Source: Eledone cirrhosa (taxonomy: Eukaryota). From it: 64,000 nucleotides of DNA. The translations under genes were made by a program, and so were the position numbers. The stretch is taken from NCBI GenBank assembly GCA_964016885.1, contig OZ024762.1:10602001-10666000 (forward strand). The letters run 5' to 3'. Each line of letters opens with the position of its first letter. The first letter of the stretch is position 1. A model generated the notes under the pieces. That model worked only from the letters and a program-made list of their open reading frames with translations. It was not told the DNA's origin and did not search any database. Shown here in pieces: positions 24,780 to 36,564 of this stretch.

Positions 24780-25620
24780 TAATCCGGCCAAAATGGGGGT
24801 TCGTCCGAAGGGTCTTTGGAGTAACGTTACTCCACAGAGTGCGTAGCTCGGAGATCAGCGAGTCACTCCATGTAGAGCTGTTACTTCTCTGAATTGAGAG
24901 ATCACAGCTCCGATACTATGGACATGTGGTTAGAATATCTCAGGAAAGAATCTCCGAACTGAGAGATCACAGTTCCGATACTATGGTCCTGTGATTAGAA
25001 TGTCTCAGGAAAGAATCTCTGAATTGAGATATCACAGCTCTGATACTATGGACATGTGGTTAGAATATCTCAGGAAAGAATCTCTGAATTGAGATATCAC
25101 AGTTCTGATACTATGGACATGTGGTTAGAATATCTCAGGAAAGAATCTCTGAATTGAGATATCTCAGCTCTGATACTATGGACATGTGGTTAGAATATCT
25201 CAGGAAAGAATCTCTGAATTGAGATATCACAGTTCTGATACTATGGACATGTGGTTAGAATATCTCAGGAAAGAATCTCTGAATTGAGATATCACAGCTC
25301 TGATACTATGGACATGTGGTTAGAATATCTCAGGAAAGAATCTCTGAATTGAGATATCACAGCTCTGATACTATGGACATGTGATTAGAATGTCTCAGGA
25401 AAGAATCTCTGAATTGAGATATCACAGCTCTGATACGAAGGGCATGTGAAAGAATCTCTGGACATATTTTATGGACAAAACCAACTGGCAGGAGACCCAG
25501 GGGTAGACGCCGAGTAAGATGGTTGGATAACATCCATGAGCTTGGCTGATCAGTTGGAGACAGGACTCGCTGGAAGGAGTATTTGATGACTCTTCCCCCA
25601 TGACCCTCTCAAGGAGAAGG
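24780..25620 (+). mobile_element. RTE-type LINE 3' fragment containing a 65-bp tandem array
   Basis: Reads GFVRRVFGVTLLHRVRSSEISESLHVELLLL, then about 8 copies of a 65-bp unit (25021/25086/25151). Homologous unexpanded copies at about 49850-50230 and 63840-64000. Confidence 0.75.
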
Positions 25621-26124
25621 GGTCTCCGATAGTGATGTGAAAAAATCTGAAAAATTAATAGGGTGGGGTGGGGATGATTATTCGAAAAACGGAAGTAAGC
25701 AAATAGGCGTCTGCTTATTTTCAATCCAAGGGAAATAACTCCACTGAGACATCTGCACACACACCAAATAAGGGAAGTAACTGTTACTTTATTATTCACC
25801 CCCACCCCTTTTAGTTTTCTAAGGTTGGACGTCTTCAGCTAATATTTCTAGCCTATTCTTCGATTAAAAAAAGAAAATTATAGGACCATTAGCTGCTACT
25901 TCTAGCATGCTGGTCTTTTCACAAGTCTAGTAATATTATCTGCTGTTGTTGACACGTCCTTCCTTTTCTTTAAGTTGTAGAGATATCGGCTGCTGTTTCT
26001 AGCGTGTCTTTCATTAAAACAATTATTCTAAGGACATTAGCTTCAATTTCTCGCTTATTCATCATTTTTTTGGCATAGAATTTAGTCTCAGTTGCAGCCT
26101 AACGATTGAAAGAATAACATAACT

Positions 26125-27065
26125 TAGCTGAGCATTGAAAATACACCATTTGGTTCTTAACTGTCGCTCATTCATTAAGTGGAGCATTAAAAATACACCC
26201 ACTGGTCCTTAACAGTCTCTTATTCAGTAAGAGGAGCATTGAAAACACACCCACTGGTCCTAAGTCTCTTATTCAGTAAGAGGAGCATTGAAAACACACC
26301 CACTGGTCCTTAAGTCTCTTATTCAGTAAGAGGAGCATTGAAAACACACCCACTGGTCCTTAAATCTCTTATTCAGTAAGAGGAGCATTGAAAACACACC
26401 CACTGGTCCTTAAGTCTCTTATTCAGTAAGTGGAGCATTGAAAACACCCTTCTGACACTCAGTAGTCAACATACTGTTACCAAAGCTGTGAAAACACACC
26501 TCTGGCCCTCAGCAGTCTGTAAGTCATTGTCACCTTAGCTGAGCTGCGAAAACACTCATCACGCCCTCGTCAGTCAGTCAACATACTGTTACCTAAGCTG
26601 CGAAAACACACCTCTGGTCCCCAAGAGTCTGTTAGTCAGTGTCACCTTAGCTGAGCAGTGAAAACACACCTCTGGCCCTCATTTGTTAGTCAGTGACACC
26701 TTAGCTGAGCAGTGAAAACACACCTCTGGCCCTCATTTGTTAGTCAGGGTCACCTTAGCTGAGCAGTGAAAACACACCTCTGGCCCTCATTTGTTAGTCA
26801 GTGTCACCTTAGCTGAGCATTGAAAACACACCTCTCACCCTCAAAAGTAGGTTAGTCAGTGACACAGTAGGGCAGTGAAAACTCACGTGGATCTCAACAG
26901 TCTGTTAGTGTCAACTTAGTAGAACAGTGAAAACATCTCATTAGTCTGTTAGTCAATATCACTTTAGCTGAACAATGAAAACGTACCTGAGGCCCTCAAC
27001 AGCCCGTTAGTTAGTGTCACCTTAGCTGAACAGTGAAAACACTTCTCTGACCGTCAGCAGTCTGA
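26125..27065. repeat. About 51-54 bp minisatellite in two related subarrays
   Basis: Recurrent core GAGCA(T/G)TGAAAACACACC. Confidence 0.8.
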
Positions 27066-27554
27066 AGAACTGAGATGAGGTTACAAGGTTTATCATCCAA
27101 CCAGGGAACCGCAACTGATTGTGAAAGCTGGAATTGGTGAGGTGGACTGATCGATATCTTATTTTGGTTGCAAGAGGAGGACAAGGCCCACACAAATTCC
27201 TTACAATGCTTTTCTGTATGAAATCCTTTTACCATATTTTTTTCTACTCAAGAACAATTACTTTACATACATTTTTCTGTAAAATATAAAACAAAAAACA
27301 ATATTTTACTTTCTTTACATGTGGCCAATGTACTGTCATAGCCATTAGAGCATCTTATTAAATAGCTGGACGTTTGATCCAACTCTCTGCACTCCGAGTT
27401 CAAATCCTACCATATATATATATATATTTGTGGTAAAGTTGCTTGGATTCATCCATAGGCGGTATGCCAGTTGAGCACTCTATGCTCCTTTGGAGCAGAG
27501 TATGATAATATGGAAAACGAAGAATCAGTGATGCATCGGAACACAAATTTATTA

Positions 27555-27645
27555 CGTATTACAAATGTTTCTCCGGCAAACAGCTTGAGGTGGGATCTGT
27601 TTGTGGACCAAACCTGACTCTGGATTCGCAAGTTCCTCAGATATG
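27555..27645 (-). ncRNA. Type I hammerhead motif with extended stem II
   Basis: CAUAU-CUGAGGA-[62-nt imperfect hairpin]-GAA-ACA(UU)UGU-A-AUACG, lying in an imperfect inverted repeat (about 27559-27712). Confidence 0.5.
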
Positions 27646-28234
27646 TCTAGCGATTCCGAAGCAAATCCTCACAGATCGCACCTCGAGCTGTTCACCGGAG
27701 AAACATATGTAAGTCTGTTCCTTTGCCGATGATCCAGGATTTGACTCCTGTGATTTACCGATTAATGGTGAAATATATTTCTTCAATGAAATATATACAA
27801 AGGAGATTAATCATTATTGTAAGGTATTATTGTAAGGTATCTATATTTGAGGTTCTTGTTAATATTTAATATGTTACCTCCGTAACTATATGTTTACACT
27901 CTTTACAAATTATCCCGTTAATGTTTGATATGTTTATTTTATAACACTACAGCTAACACATACACACATGTACTTCCCTGACATTTGTGTATTATTCTAT
28001 GTATCATACATACACCTTTGACGAGTTGTAGTGCACCTGAGCACTTTACACAATAATTTCATTATTATTATTATATATATATATATTTATGTCAATCGAT
28101 TTTTAATTTAATGCTAATAAATGCTCGGATTTATCCCTTAGAATCTTTGAGCTTAATCTATAGAGGGTATGGCGCATGTTTCTCAGATATGACATCCTTA
28201 ATTCAATTTTGGTTATGTATATATATATATAGGG

Positions 28235-29345
28235 TAAAGACCCTCTTCGGCTGTGGATGACTATGGGATTTTCACCTAGGTACAAGTCCAGGCAAGGTTG
28301 TTTGTGGAAGACCAGCAGTCACCCATACATACCAGTCACCCCTCTCCATACCACCAATGTTGTCCAAGGGAAAGGCAATGGCCAGTACAGCTTGGCACCA
28401 GTGACGTCACAACTCATATACACACTATGTAAAATATATATACGCTATGTACAGTATATATACTCTATGTTCAGTATATGTATACATAATATATGATGTT
28501 GTTCAAAGAAAAGGCAATGGCCAATACAGCTTGGCACCAGTGACATCACAACTAATATATGCACTATATATACACTATGTACAGTATATATACACTACCC
28601 ACTTAAATGTGAAGTTATGTTGGTACCACAACATCCAGTCCGAAACAAATGAGGTTGTGTAGGTGTCACGACAAAAAAAAAAACATACAGTTCACGCTGT
28701 AATGTGGCCGTGTAGGTAACACGTTAAAAAGCTCCCAGTCCACACTGCAAACGTGGTTGGTGTTAGGAAGGGCATCCAGCCGTAGAAAACCCGCCAGGAC
28801 AACAAATCTTGCTTCAAGTGGGAAAACTCCCGTCCAAACCCATGCAAGCGTGGAAGATGGACGTTAAACGATGATGATGATGATATGTACATTATATATA
28901 CATTATGTACAGTACATATACACTATATATGATGTTGTCCAAGGGAAAGGCAATAGCTGATACAGCTTGGCACCAGTGATGTCACAACTTATATATACAC
29001 TATATATATACATCATATATACACTATGTACAGTATATATACATCATATATACACTATGTACAGTCTATATACACTATGTACAGTATATATACATTATGT
29101 ACAGTATATATACACTATGTGCAGTATATATATATGCTATATATGATGTTGTCCAGGGGAAAGGCAATGACTGATACAGCTTGGCACCAGTGACATCACA
29201 ACTCATTTCTACAGCGGAGTAAACTGGATCAACGTGAAATAAAGAGTCTTGCTCAAGAACACAATTCAAAACCTGGCCTGAGAATTGAACTCACAATCTC
29301 AGAATTGTAAGCCTGACAATCTAACCATTAAGCCATGCACCTTCA
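28235..29345 (-). mobile_element. Fragmented tRNA-derived SINEs (Meta/CORE-like domain) and an RTE-tailed SINE
   Basis: Reverse complement of GTGTTCTTGAGCAAGACTCTTTATTTCACGTTG..CAGTTTACTC; same family as 49150-49590. Confidence 0.65.
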
Positions 29346-30548
29346 CACACACATTGAACTAAATACAAAAAAAAAAGTGTCTTTATAGGAGATATTCTAG
29401 CTATTATGCTCTCTCCAGGCTATGCAAGTTCTCTGCAGCCACAGCCCATGTTTCACTACCAAGAAACATCACACTGTACACAGGTGTCATACAGTCGTCC
29501 TTTTAAACATGGGGAGAAACCTTTTGTGGTTAAGTATTTCTGTAAAAAAGGTAAAGGAAAGAAGAGTGCTCAATGTATAGTACAGAGCTATTTAATTATA
29601 TGATAAACAACACAATATAATTATTCCATCACCAAAGGTTTCAGGAAACTAGCCGATCCTTACAGAAACGTCCAGGTTGTTCACCAGATGAAATAGTTAT
29701 CTAAGTGTATTGTGTTGTTTATTATGTAAATAATATCATCATCATCATCATCATCATCGCTTAACGTCTATCTTCCACGCTAATATGGGGTAGATGGGAG
29801 TTGTCCAAATTTGAGGAAAAGTTGGTCGGATGACAGTATCTCGCTCATATAGGACTATCTGGCAGGTTTTCTACGGCTGGATGCCCTTCCTAACACCAAC
29901 CACATTTACCGTGTGGACTGGGAACTTTTTACCGTGTTACCTACACGGCCATATTACAGCGTGGTCTGTGTCTTTTTTTGTCGTGACACCTACACGATCT
30001 CGATCTCATTATCTCATTTATTATATATATATATATATATATATATCATCATCGTTTAACATCTATCTTCCACGCTAGCATGGGTTAGATGGGTTTGACC
30101 CATTTAGAGGCAAGTTGGGTCGGGTGACCGTGTCTCGCTCATATAGGACTGTTTCTGGCTGGTTTTCTATGGCTGGAGGTACAAAAAGCTGTCTTATTAG
30201 TTTCACACTTTATATAGAAAAGGGGGAAAGAGAGTTTGATGTGTCGAGCTTTAGCCCTTCCTCAGGATTCAGGAGTACAAAAAAATAGAGACAGGATCTC
30301 AAAGGAGACCAAGTAAAGTAGAAAAATAACAAAAAAAAACAAAAACAAATAAAGAAAGTGAACAAGACAAACCGTTAGCTAGTCTTGGTAATGAGATGGA
30401 ACGTCATAGGTTTTTGGAATTTCCCTAAACTGAACAAACAAACAAAAAACAAACATCAACAAAAAGAAGCCCATTCTCACCAGTTCTGTCTAAAACATTA
30501 AAAAATGGAGTTAAAATAAAAAAAACACAATACATTTTGTGTCAGTTA

Positions 30549-30554
30549 TTTATT
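30549..30554 (-). promoter_or_regulatory. Candidate polyadenylation signal of the ArfGAP gene
   Basis: AATAAA on the minus strand about 1 kb after the stop, followed by a GT/T-rich tract. Confidence 0.4.
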
Positions 30555-30668
30555 AATTTCTTTGTAGTAGTAGTTGTTGGTGTTGTAGTTGCTGTTGGTA
30601 TTGTAGTTGTAGCCTTCAGTAATCCAGTGTGTAGTAATTTAGTAGTAGTAATAATAGTAGTAGTAGTA

Positions 30669-30703
<35 letters not shown>

Positions 30704-31536
30704 CCTGTACATGAGAAATGAGAAAAAAAAGAAAAAAAAAAAAAACAAAAAAAAATGTCCCATATTCCATTCTAGAAAGATGGTGTGTGTGTGTGTATGT
30801 GTGTGTGTGTGTATGTGTGTGTGTGTATGTGTATGTATGTATGTGTGTGTGTTTAACAATTCCAACTTGGCTTCTTCAACATACGGGGCTGGGAAAAGAA
30901 AACAACCCAAACAAACACGTACCAACATCCCCATCACCACCACCATGATCATCATCATCATCACCACCATCAAGTAGTTAATTATAGTTTCGAACATGGT
31001 GGTAGTAGTAGTGGTAGAGGTAGGTCATCCTCTCCCTGAAGCAAAAATTACATTTTTCCTTTTTTTTTTTTTTTAAATTTGTGGTGGTGGTGGTGGTGGT
31101 GGTGGTGGTGGTGGTGGTGGTGCATGTGTTTGTGGGGTGTGGTGTGTAGGTGAGGATGTAGGTGTGGTAGTATGTGAGGGATATGTGATGTGGATGTGAC
31201 AGTGTTTGTGGGAAATACGGGGGGGGGGGACTGTGATGGTAGGACGCTTTCCTCTGAAGAAATATCTTGAACCAAACCAGTTTGTCATCATAGTAGTAGT
31301 AGTAGTAGTAGTACTAGTAGCAACTGTTTAGTTGTTTTTTTTTAGTGTATATTTTGTTGTTTTTTTAAAATCTTTTTGAAATGAACATTGTTGTTGTTGT
31401 CAGCCTCAAGATATCATCATCATCATCATCATCACCATATTAATCAATATCATCAATATCATCATCATCATCATCAGCACAGAAATTAATATATTAAGAT
31501 GACAGTGGGTAGTCGTGTGTAGATATATGCGAGACA

Positions 31537-31554
31537 TCAACTCCCATATTTTTC
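31537..31554 (-). CDS. ARFGAP2/3: ArfGAP2/3 terminal coding exon (EKYGS*)
   Basis: Strong acceptor ttttttcccctccccag; matches the DRYGS-type C-terminus of ARFGAP2/3. Confidence 0.85.
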   Translation of the reverse strand, partial: EKYGS

Positions 31555-32059
31555 CTGGGGAGGGGAAAAAAAAAGGACAGACAATAAATAAAACATGAAA
31601 TTAGAGCAGTGTTTGTGTACATCATCATCATCACCATCACCATTCGGCGTCCATTTTTCCAAGCTTGCATGGTTAGATGAGTTGTCCACGCCAGGAGACA
31701 AGTTTGACTAGAGTTGGCCACGCCGTACCTTGCTCCAATGAGGACTGTAAATTTGGTCAAGTACTTTACAGCTGGATGCCCTTCCTAACACCAACCCCAT
31801 TTACAGTGAGTATCATCATCATCATCATCATCATCATTTCCGTTTAACGTCCATCTTCCACACTAGCATGTGTATATTGATATAAAAGTCTAAAATCTGT
31901 AGAGGCTCATCAGATCAGCGCTTACCCCAGTTTCCTTTGCGTCAAGTGACTGAGAGTACAAGACTACCCCTGGACAGGACGCCAGTCCATCGCAAAGTTA
32001 AACATCCAGCTATTACTTGTACTCATTTTCAGCTAAGTATTCTGGAGCTACGTGAAATG

Positions 32060-33595
32060 AACACCAGCACTAGCCCCTTACAGGGTAGACCGGGTGCTTT
32101 CAATTGTGGTACCAGCACCACCACCTTACAGAGTGGACTGGGTGCTTTTCATCATGGTCCCAGTACTACCACATTGCAGAGTGGACTGGGTGCTCTTCAT
32201 CGTGGCCCCAGCACTGCCACATTGCAGAGTGGACTGGGTGCTCTTCATTGTGGCCCCAGCACTGCCACATTGCAGAGTGGACTGGGTGCTTTCCATCATG
32301 GTCCCCAACACTGTCACATTGCAGAGTGGACTGGGTGTTTTCCATCATGGGCCCCCAGCACTGTCACATTGCAGAGTGGACTGGGTGCTTTCCATCATGG
32401 TGCCCAGCACTGTCACATTGCAGAGTGGACTGGGTGCTTTCCATCATGGCCCCCAGCACTGTCACATTGCAGAGTGGACTGGGTGCTTTCCATCATGGCC
32501 CCCAGCACTGTCACATTGCAGAGTGGACTGGGTGCTTTCCATCATGGCCCCCAGCACTGTCACATTGCAGAGTGGACTGGGTGCTTTCCATCATGGCCCC
32601 CAGCACTGTCACATTGCAGAGTGGACTGGGTGCTTTCCATCATGGCCCCCAGCACTGTCACATTGCAGAGTGGACTGGGTGCTTTCCATCATGGTCCCCA
32701 ACACTGTCACATTGCAGAGTGGACTGGGTGCTTTCCATCATGGTCCCCAACACTGTCACATTGCAGAGTGGACTGGGTGCTTTCCATCATGGCCCCCAAC
32801 ACTGTCACATTGCAGAGTGGACTGGGTGCTTTCCATCATGGCCCCCAGCACTGTCACATTGCAGAGTGGACTGGGTGCTTTCCATCATGGCCCCCAGCAC
32901 TGTCACATTGCAGAGTGGACTGGGTGCTTTCCATCATGGCCCCCAGCAGTCACATTGCAGAGTGGACTGGGTGCTTTCCATCATGGCCCCCAGCACTGTC
33001 ACATTGCAGAGTGGACTGGGTGCTTTCCATCATGGGCCCCCAACACTGTCACATTGCAGAGTGGACTGGGTGCTTTCCAGCATGGTGCCCAGCACTGTCA
33101 CATTGCAGAGTGGACTGGGTGCTTTCCATCATGGCCCCCAGCACTGTCACATTGCAGAGTGGACTGGGTGCTTTCCATCATGGCCCCCAGCACTGTCACA
33201 TTGCAGAGTGGACTGGGTGTTTTCCATCATGGCCCCCAGCACTGTCACATTGCAGAGTGGACTGGGTGCTTTCCATCATGGGCCCCCAGCACTGTCACAT
33301 TGCAGAGTGGACTGGGTGCTTTCCATCATGGGCCCCAGCACTGTCACATTGCAGAGTGGACTGGGTGCTTTCCATCATGGCCCCCAGCAGTCACATTGCA
33401 GAGTGGACTGGGTGCTTTCCATCATGGCCCCCAGCACTGTCACATTGCAGAGTGGACTGGGTGCTTTCCATCATGGGCCCCCAGCACTGTCACATTGCAG
33501 AGTGGACTGGGTGCTTTCCATCATGGCCCCCAGCACTGTCACATTGCAGAGTGGACTGGGTGCTTTCCATCATGGCCCCCAGTACTACTACTTTA
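32060..33595. repeat. 49-bp minisatellite, about 31 copies, in the last ArfGAP intron
   Basis: Unit CAGCACTGTCACATTGCAGAGTGGACTGGGTGCTTTCCATCATGGCCCC; explains the three overlapping 500-600 aa ORFs. Confidence 0.92.
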
Positions 33596-33689
33596 CACTT
33601 AATAAACAAAATCAAACAAAACAACAAGAAAAAAGAACAGCAACAACACAAGAAAAAATAACAACAGCAACAACAACTACGGCAACTAC

Positions 33690-33902
33690 CTGTAATGAAG
33701 ACATCACTCCGTTGGCTAGGCTTGACAACTTGCCAGCTACTTTAGTTACTCCCTGTCGGACTCCCTCTTTGATATCAGAAAGGTCAGTTCCAGAGTATTG
33801 GCTGGAATCTGAATTAGAACCACGTGAAGTCCGACCAAAAAAGTCATCACTGGAGATGCTGGAATTACCAGAGAACTTGCTCAAGGATGCTTTCTGATCC
33901 AT
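33690..33902 (-). CDS. ARFGAP2/3: ArfGAP2/3 exon: second Glo3 motif (ISSDDFFG) and C-terminal amphipathic helix
   Basis: MDQKASLSKFSGNSSISSDDFFG...GVRQGVTKVAGKLSSLANGVMSSLQ; AG/GT bounded, phase 0/0. Confidence 0.95.
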
Positions 33903-33984
33903 CTGAAAGTTGAAGAAATGGAGGCAGTCATATCATTTCAGCATAACAAGGTGGTACAAGGTGTAAAAACAACAAACAAAAAGG

Positions 33985-34650
33985 TCTAAAGTCTGTTTCA
34001 AGCCCAGAGGTTGTCCTGGTTCCCTTGGTGTAAAGAGATTGAGAGTACAAGACTACCCCTGGACAGGACACCAGTCCATCGCAGGGTTAAAGTCTGTCAC
34101 AAGATAGGTAGCTCATCAGACCAGTGCTTGTCCTAGTTCCCTTGGTCTAAAGAGATTGAGAGTAGGAGACTACCCCTGGACAGGACACCAGTCCATCGCA
34201 GGGTTAAAGTCTGTCACAAGATAGGTAGCTCATCAGACCAGTGCTTGTCCTAGTTCCCTTGGTGTAAAGAGATTGAGAGTACAAGACTACCCCTGGACAG
34301 GACACCAGTCCATCGCAGGGTTAAAGTCTGTCACAAGATAGGTAGCTCATCAGACCAGTGCTTGTCCTAGTTCCCTTGGTGTAAAGAGATTGAGAGTAGG
34401 AGACTACCTCAGGACAGGACACCAGTCCATCGCAGGTTAAAGTCTGGTTTGAGCCTGGAGACTCATTAGGTCGATGCTTATTCCATTTCCTTGGTGTAAA
34501 GAGATTGAGAGTACAAGACTACCCCTGGAGAGGACGCCAGTCCATCGTAGGGTTAAAGTCTGTCTCGAGCCCGGAAGCTCATCATGTTGGTGCTTATCAC
34601 GGTTTCTTTGGTGTGAAGCAACTGAGAGTACAAGACTTCCTCCTGGACAG
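33985..34650. repeat. 117-bp tandem repeat derived from a SINE segment
   Basis: About 5 copies; a monomeric homologue lies at 31900-32000; the array runs into a SINE remainder at 34680-34960. Confidence 0.8.
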
Positions 34651-35041
34651 GACACAAGATCATCACCCCCCCCCCCCACCAGCTATTACTGGTACTCATT
34701 TTAAGCTGACTATACTGGAGCAACATGAAATGAAATGTTTTGCTCAAGAACACAAAATGCAACCCAGCCCAGGAATAGAACCTACAGCATTATGATCATC
34801 AGTCCAACACCTTTACCACTAGGCCACAGGCCAGTCCATCACTGAGCTAAGCTGCCAGCTATTGCTGGTACTCATTTTCTGCTGAGTATACTGGAGCAAC
34901 GTGAAATGAAGTGCTTTGCTCAAGAACACAACAAACAACCCAGCCCAGGAATCAAACCCACGACATTATAGTCCAAAGTCCAAAACGTATATATACACAA
35001 ATGCATACACATGATTTATTTTAGAATGGAATCTGACTTAC

Positions 35042-35156
35042 GCTATGGTCTCTTGGCCCGAAGAACTGATCCGATGATATTGACTTGGCGCTGCCAAACT
35101 TGTTCTGAGCAGTGTTGGAAGTCGCCACTTCAACAACCTTTCTGTTGCGGCTTGGT
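35042..35156 (-). CDS. ARFGAP2/3: ArfGAP2/3 exon: first Glo3 motif (AQNKFGSAKSISSDQFFG)
   Basis: Acceptor ccactctccag, donor AGC|gtaagt, phase 2/0. Confidence 0.93.
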
Positions 35157-35159
35157 CTG

Positions 35160-35645
35160 GAGAGTGGAGGTTATGGTAGACATGAGAGTGAGGGCAGAGA
35201 GAAGGGTGGAGGTTATGGTAGACATGAGAGTGAGGGCAGAGAGAAGGGTGGAGGTTATGGTAGACATGAGTGAGGGCAGAGAGAAGAGTGGAGGTTATGG
35301 TAGACATGAGTGAGGGCAGAGAGAAGAGTGGAGGTTATGGTAGACATGAGTGAGGGCAGAGAGAAGAGTGGAGGTTATGGTAAACATGAGTGAGGGCAGA
35401 GAGAAGAGTGGAGGTTATGGTAGACATGAGTGAGGGCAGAGAGAAGAGTGGAGGTTATGGTAGACATGAGTGAGGGCAGAGAGAAGAGTGGAGGTTATGG
35501 TAGACATGAGTGAGGGCAGAGAGAAGAGTGGAGGTTATGGTAGACATGAGTGAGAGTAGAGAGAAGAGTGGAGGTTATGGTAAACATGAGTGAGGGCAGA
35601 GAGAAGAGTGGAGGTTATGGTAGACATGAGAGTGAGGGCAGAGTG
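35160..35645. repeat. 40-bp minisatellite filling an ArfGAP intron up to the acceptor
   Basis: Unit GAGAAGAGTGGAGGTTATGGTAGACATGAGTGAGGGCAGA, about 12 copies. Confidence 0.9.
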
Positions 35646-35740
35646 ATTAATGTCTGAGAGTGGACAACGAAGGGTTGGATATTGAAAATTTCTAATTTAC
35701 TTGTTTACAAATAAAATAAAACGTTTAAACGACGACTTAC

Positions 35741-35914
35741 TTGTCTGATTCTTCGTAGCTGGGCAGAGAGTCTGTGAAACTGGTTTTAGTTTCAAATCTG
35801 TCAACATCCCATGAACCGGTTCGGTTAGAATAACCCCATTTGGAATTTGAAGAAGAACTGCTACTGCCACCACCACCAACACTGCTGCTGGTACCAAACA
35901 TACCATCACGGTAT
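35741..35914 (-). CDS. ARFGAP2/3: ArfGAP2/3 exon (YRDGMFGTSSS...SYEESD)
   Basis: Acceptor acacctacag, donor AA|gtaagt, phase 2/2 matching both neighbours. Confidence 0.85.
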
Positions 35915-36218
35915 CTGTAGGTGTGTACACACATGAGGAGGAGGAGGGGGAGAAGAAGAAAGAAAGAAGGATATGAGTATGTTGCTTTATAAAAGAAAAG
36001 AAAGAAAAAAAAGCCTAGTCTTCACGGGTCTGAGAAAAGTAGCAAATTTATGACTGAAATGAATAAGACCACCACAAATTGCAATATGGTGAGATGAAAA
36101 ACATGAAATCTTAGCAGTGTTTGTGTATATTATCATCATCATAATCACAGTTTAGTGTCCACTTTTCCATGTTTGCTGAATTCTACCGTGTAGTGAATAG
36201 TCACTTCCACTACTATAG

Positions 36219-36329
36219 GCTTTCTGATGAAGTGTGACAAATAATTAAGTATTGCATATGATTGAACAATATATATTGTAGTCAGCATATGTAGACAATT
36301 ATAATGGACACAGAAACGTATGTTAAAGC
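36219..36329 (+). ncRNA. Type I hammerhead motif with an ~82-nt extended stem II
   Basis: GCUUU-CUGAUGA-[A GUGU..AUAAUU..UGCAUAUG..ACAAUAU/AUAUUGU..CAUAUGUA..AAUUAU..ACAC A]-GAAACGUAUGUU-AAAGC. Confidence 0.6.
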
Positions 36330-36564
36330 AAATACATTCCTAATCTCCTTCACACCGACGTTTATATTTTTCTTGGTGTAATACTTGCTTATATTGATAT
36401 ACTCTGTGTGATCTCTTCTGGAGCTATATACCATATTTTCCACTTGGGTATTTATGCTATACGATTCAAAGGATACCGTCAAGTCAAACTCTCTGGCCAG
36501 CAGCTTTCTTGTTTAAGCATTCATTCCTGATATACATAAACAAAACCTTATCTACCTTCACACT

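Noticed and set aside
30240-30280. CUGAGGA-AGGGC(UAAA)GCUC on the minus strand
   Set aside because: GAAA is replaced by GACA and there is no stem I; at most a relic.
30982-31035. Alternative ArfGAP last exon after tttgcttcag
   Set aside because: The EKYGS* exon matches the family C-terminus; this site lies in the presumed 3' UTR and has no homology support.
31937-33897. Three overlapping 500-600 aa ORFs, or a CRISPR-like array
   Set aside because: A 49-bp tandem unit without unique spacers; the frames cycle through the same peptides; it is intronic to ArfGAP and there are no cas genes.
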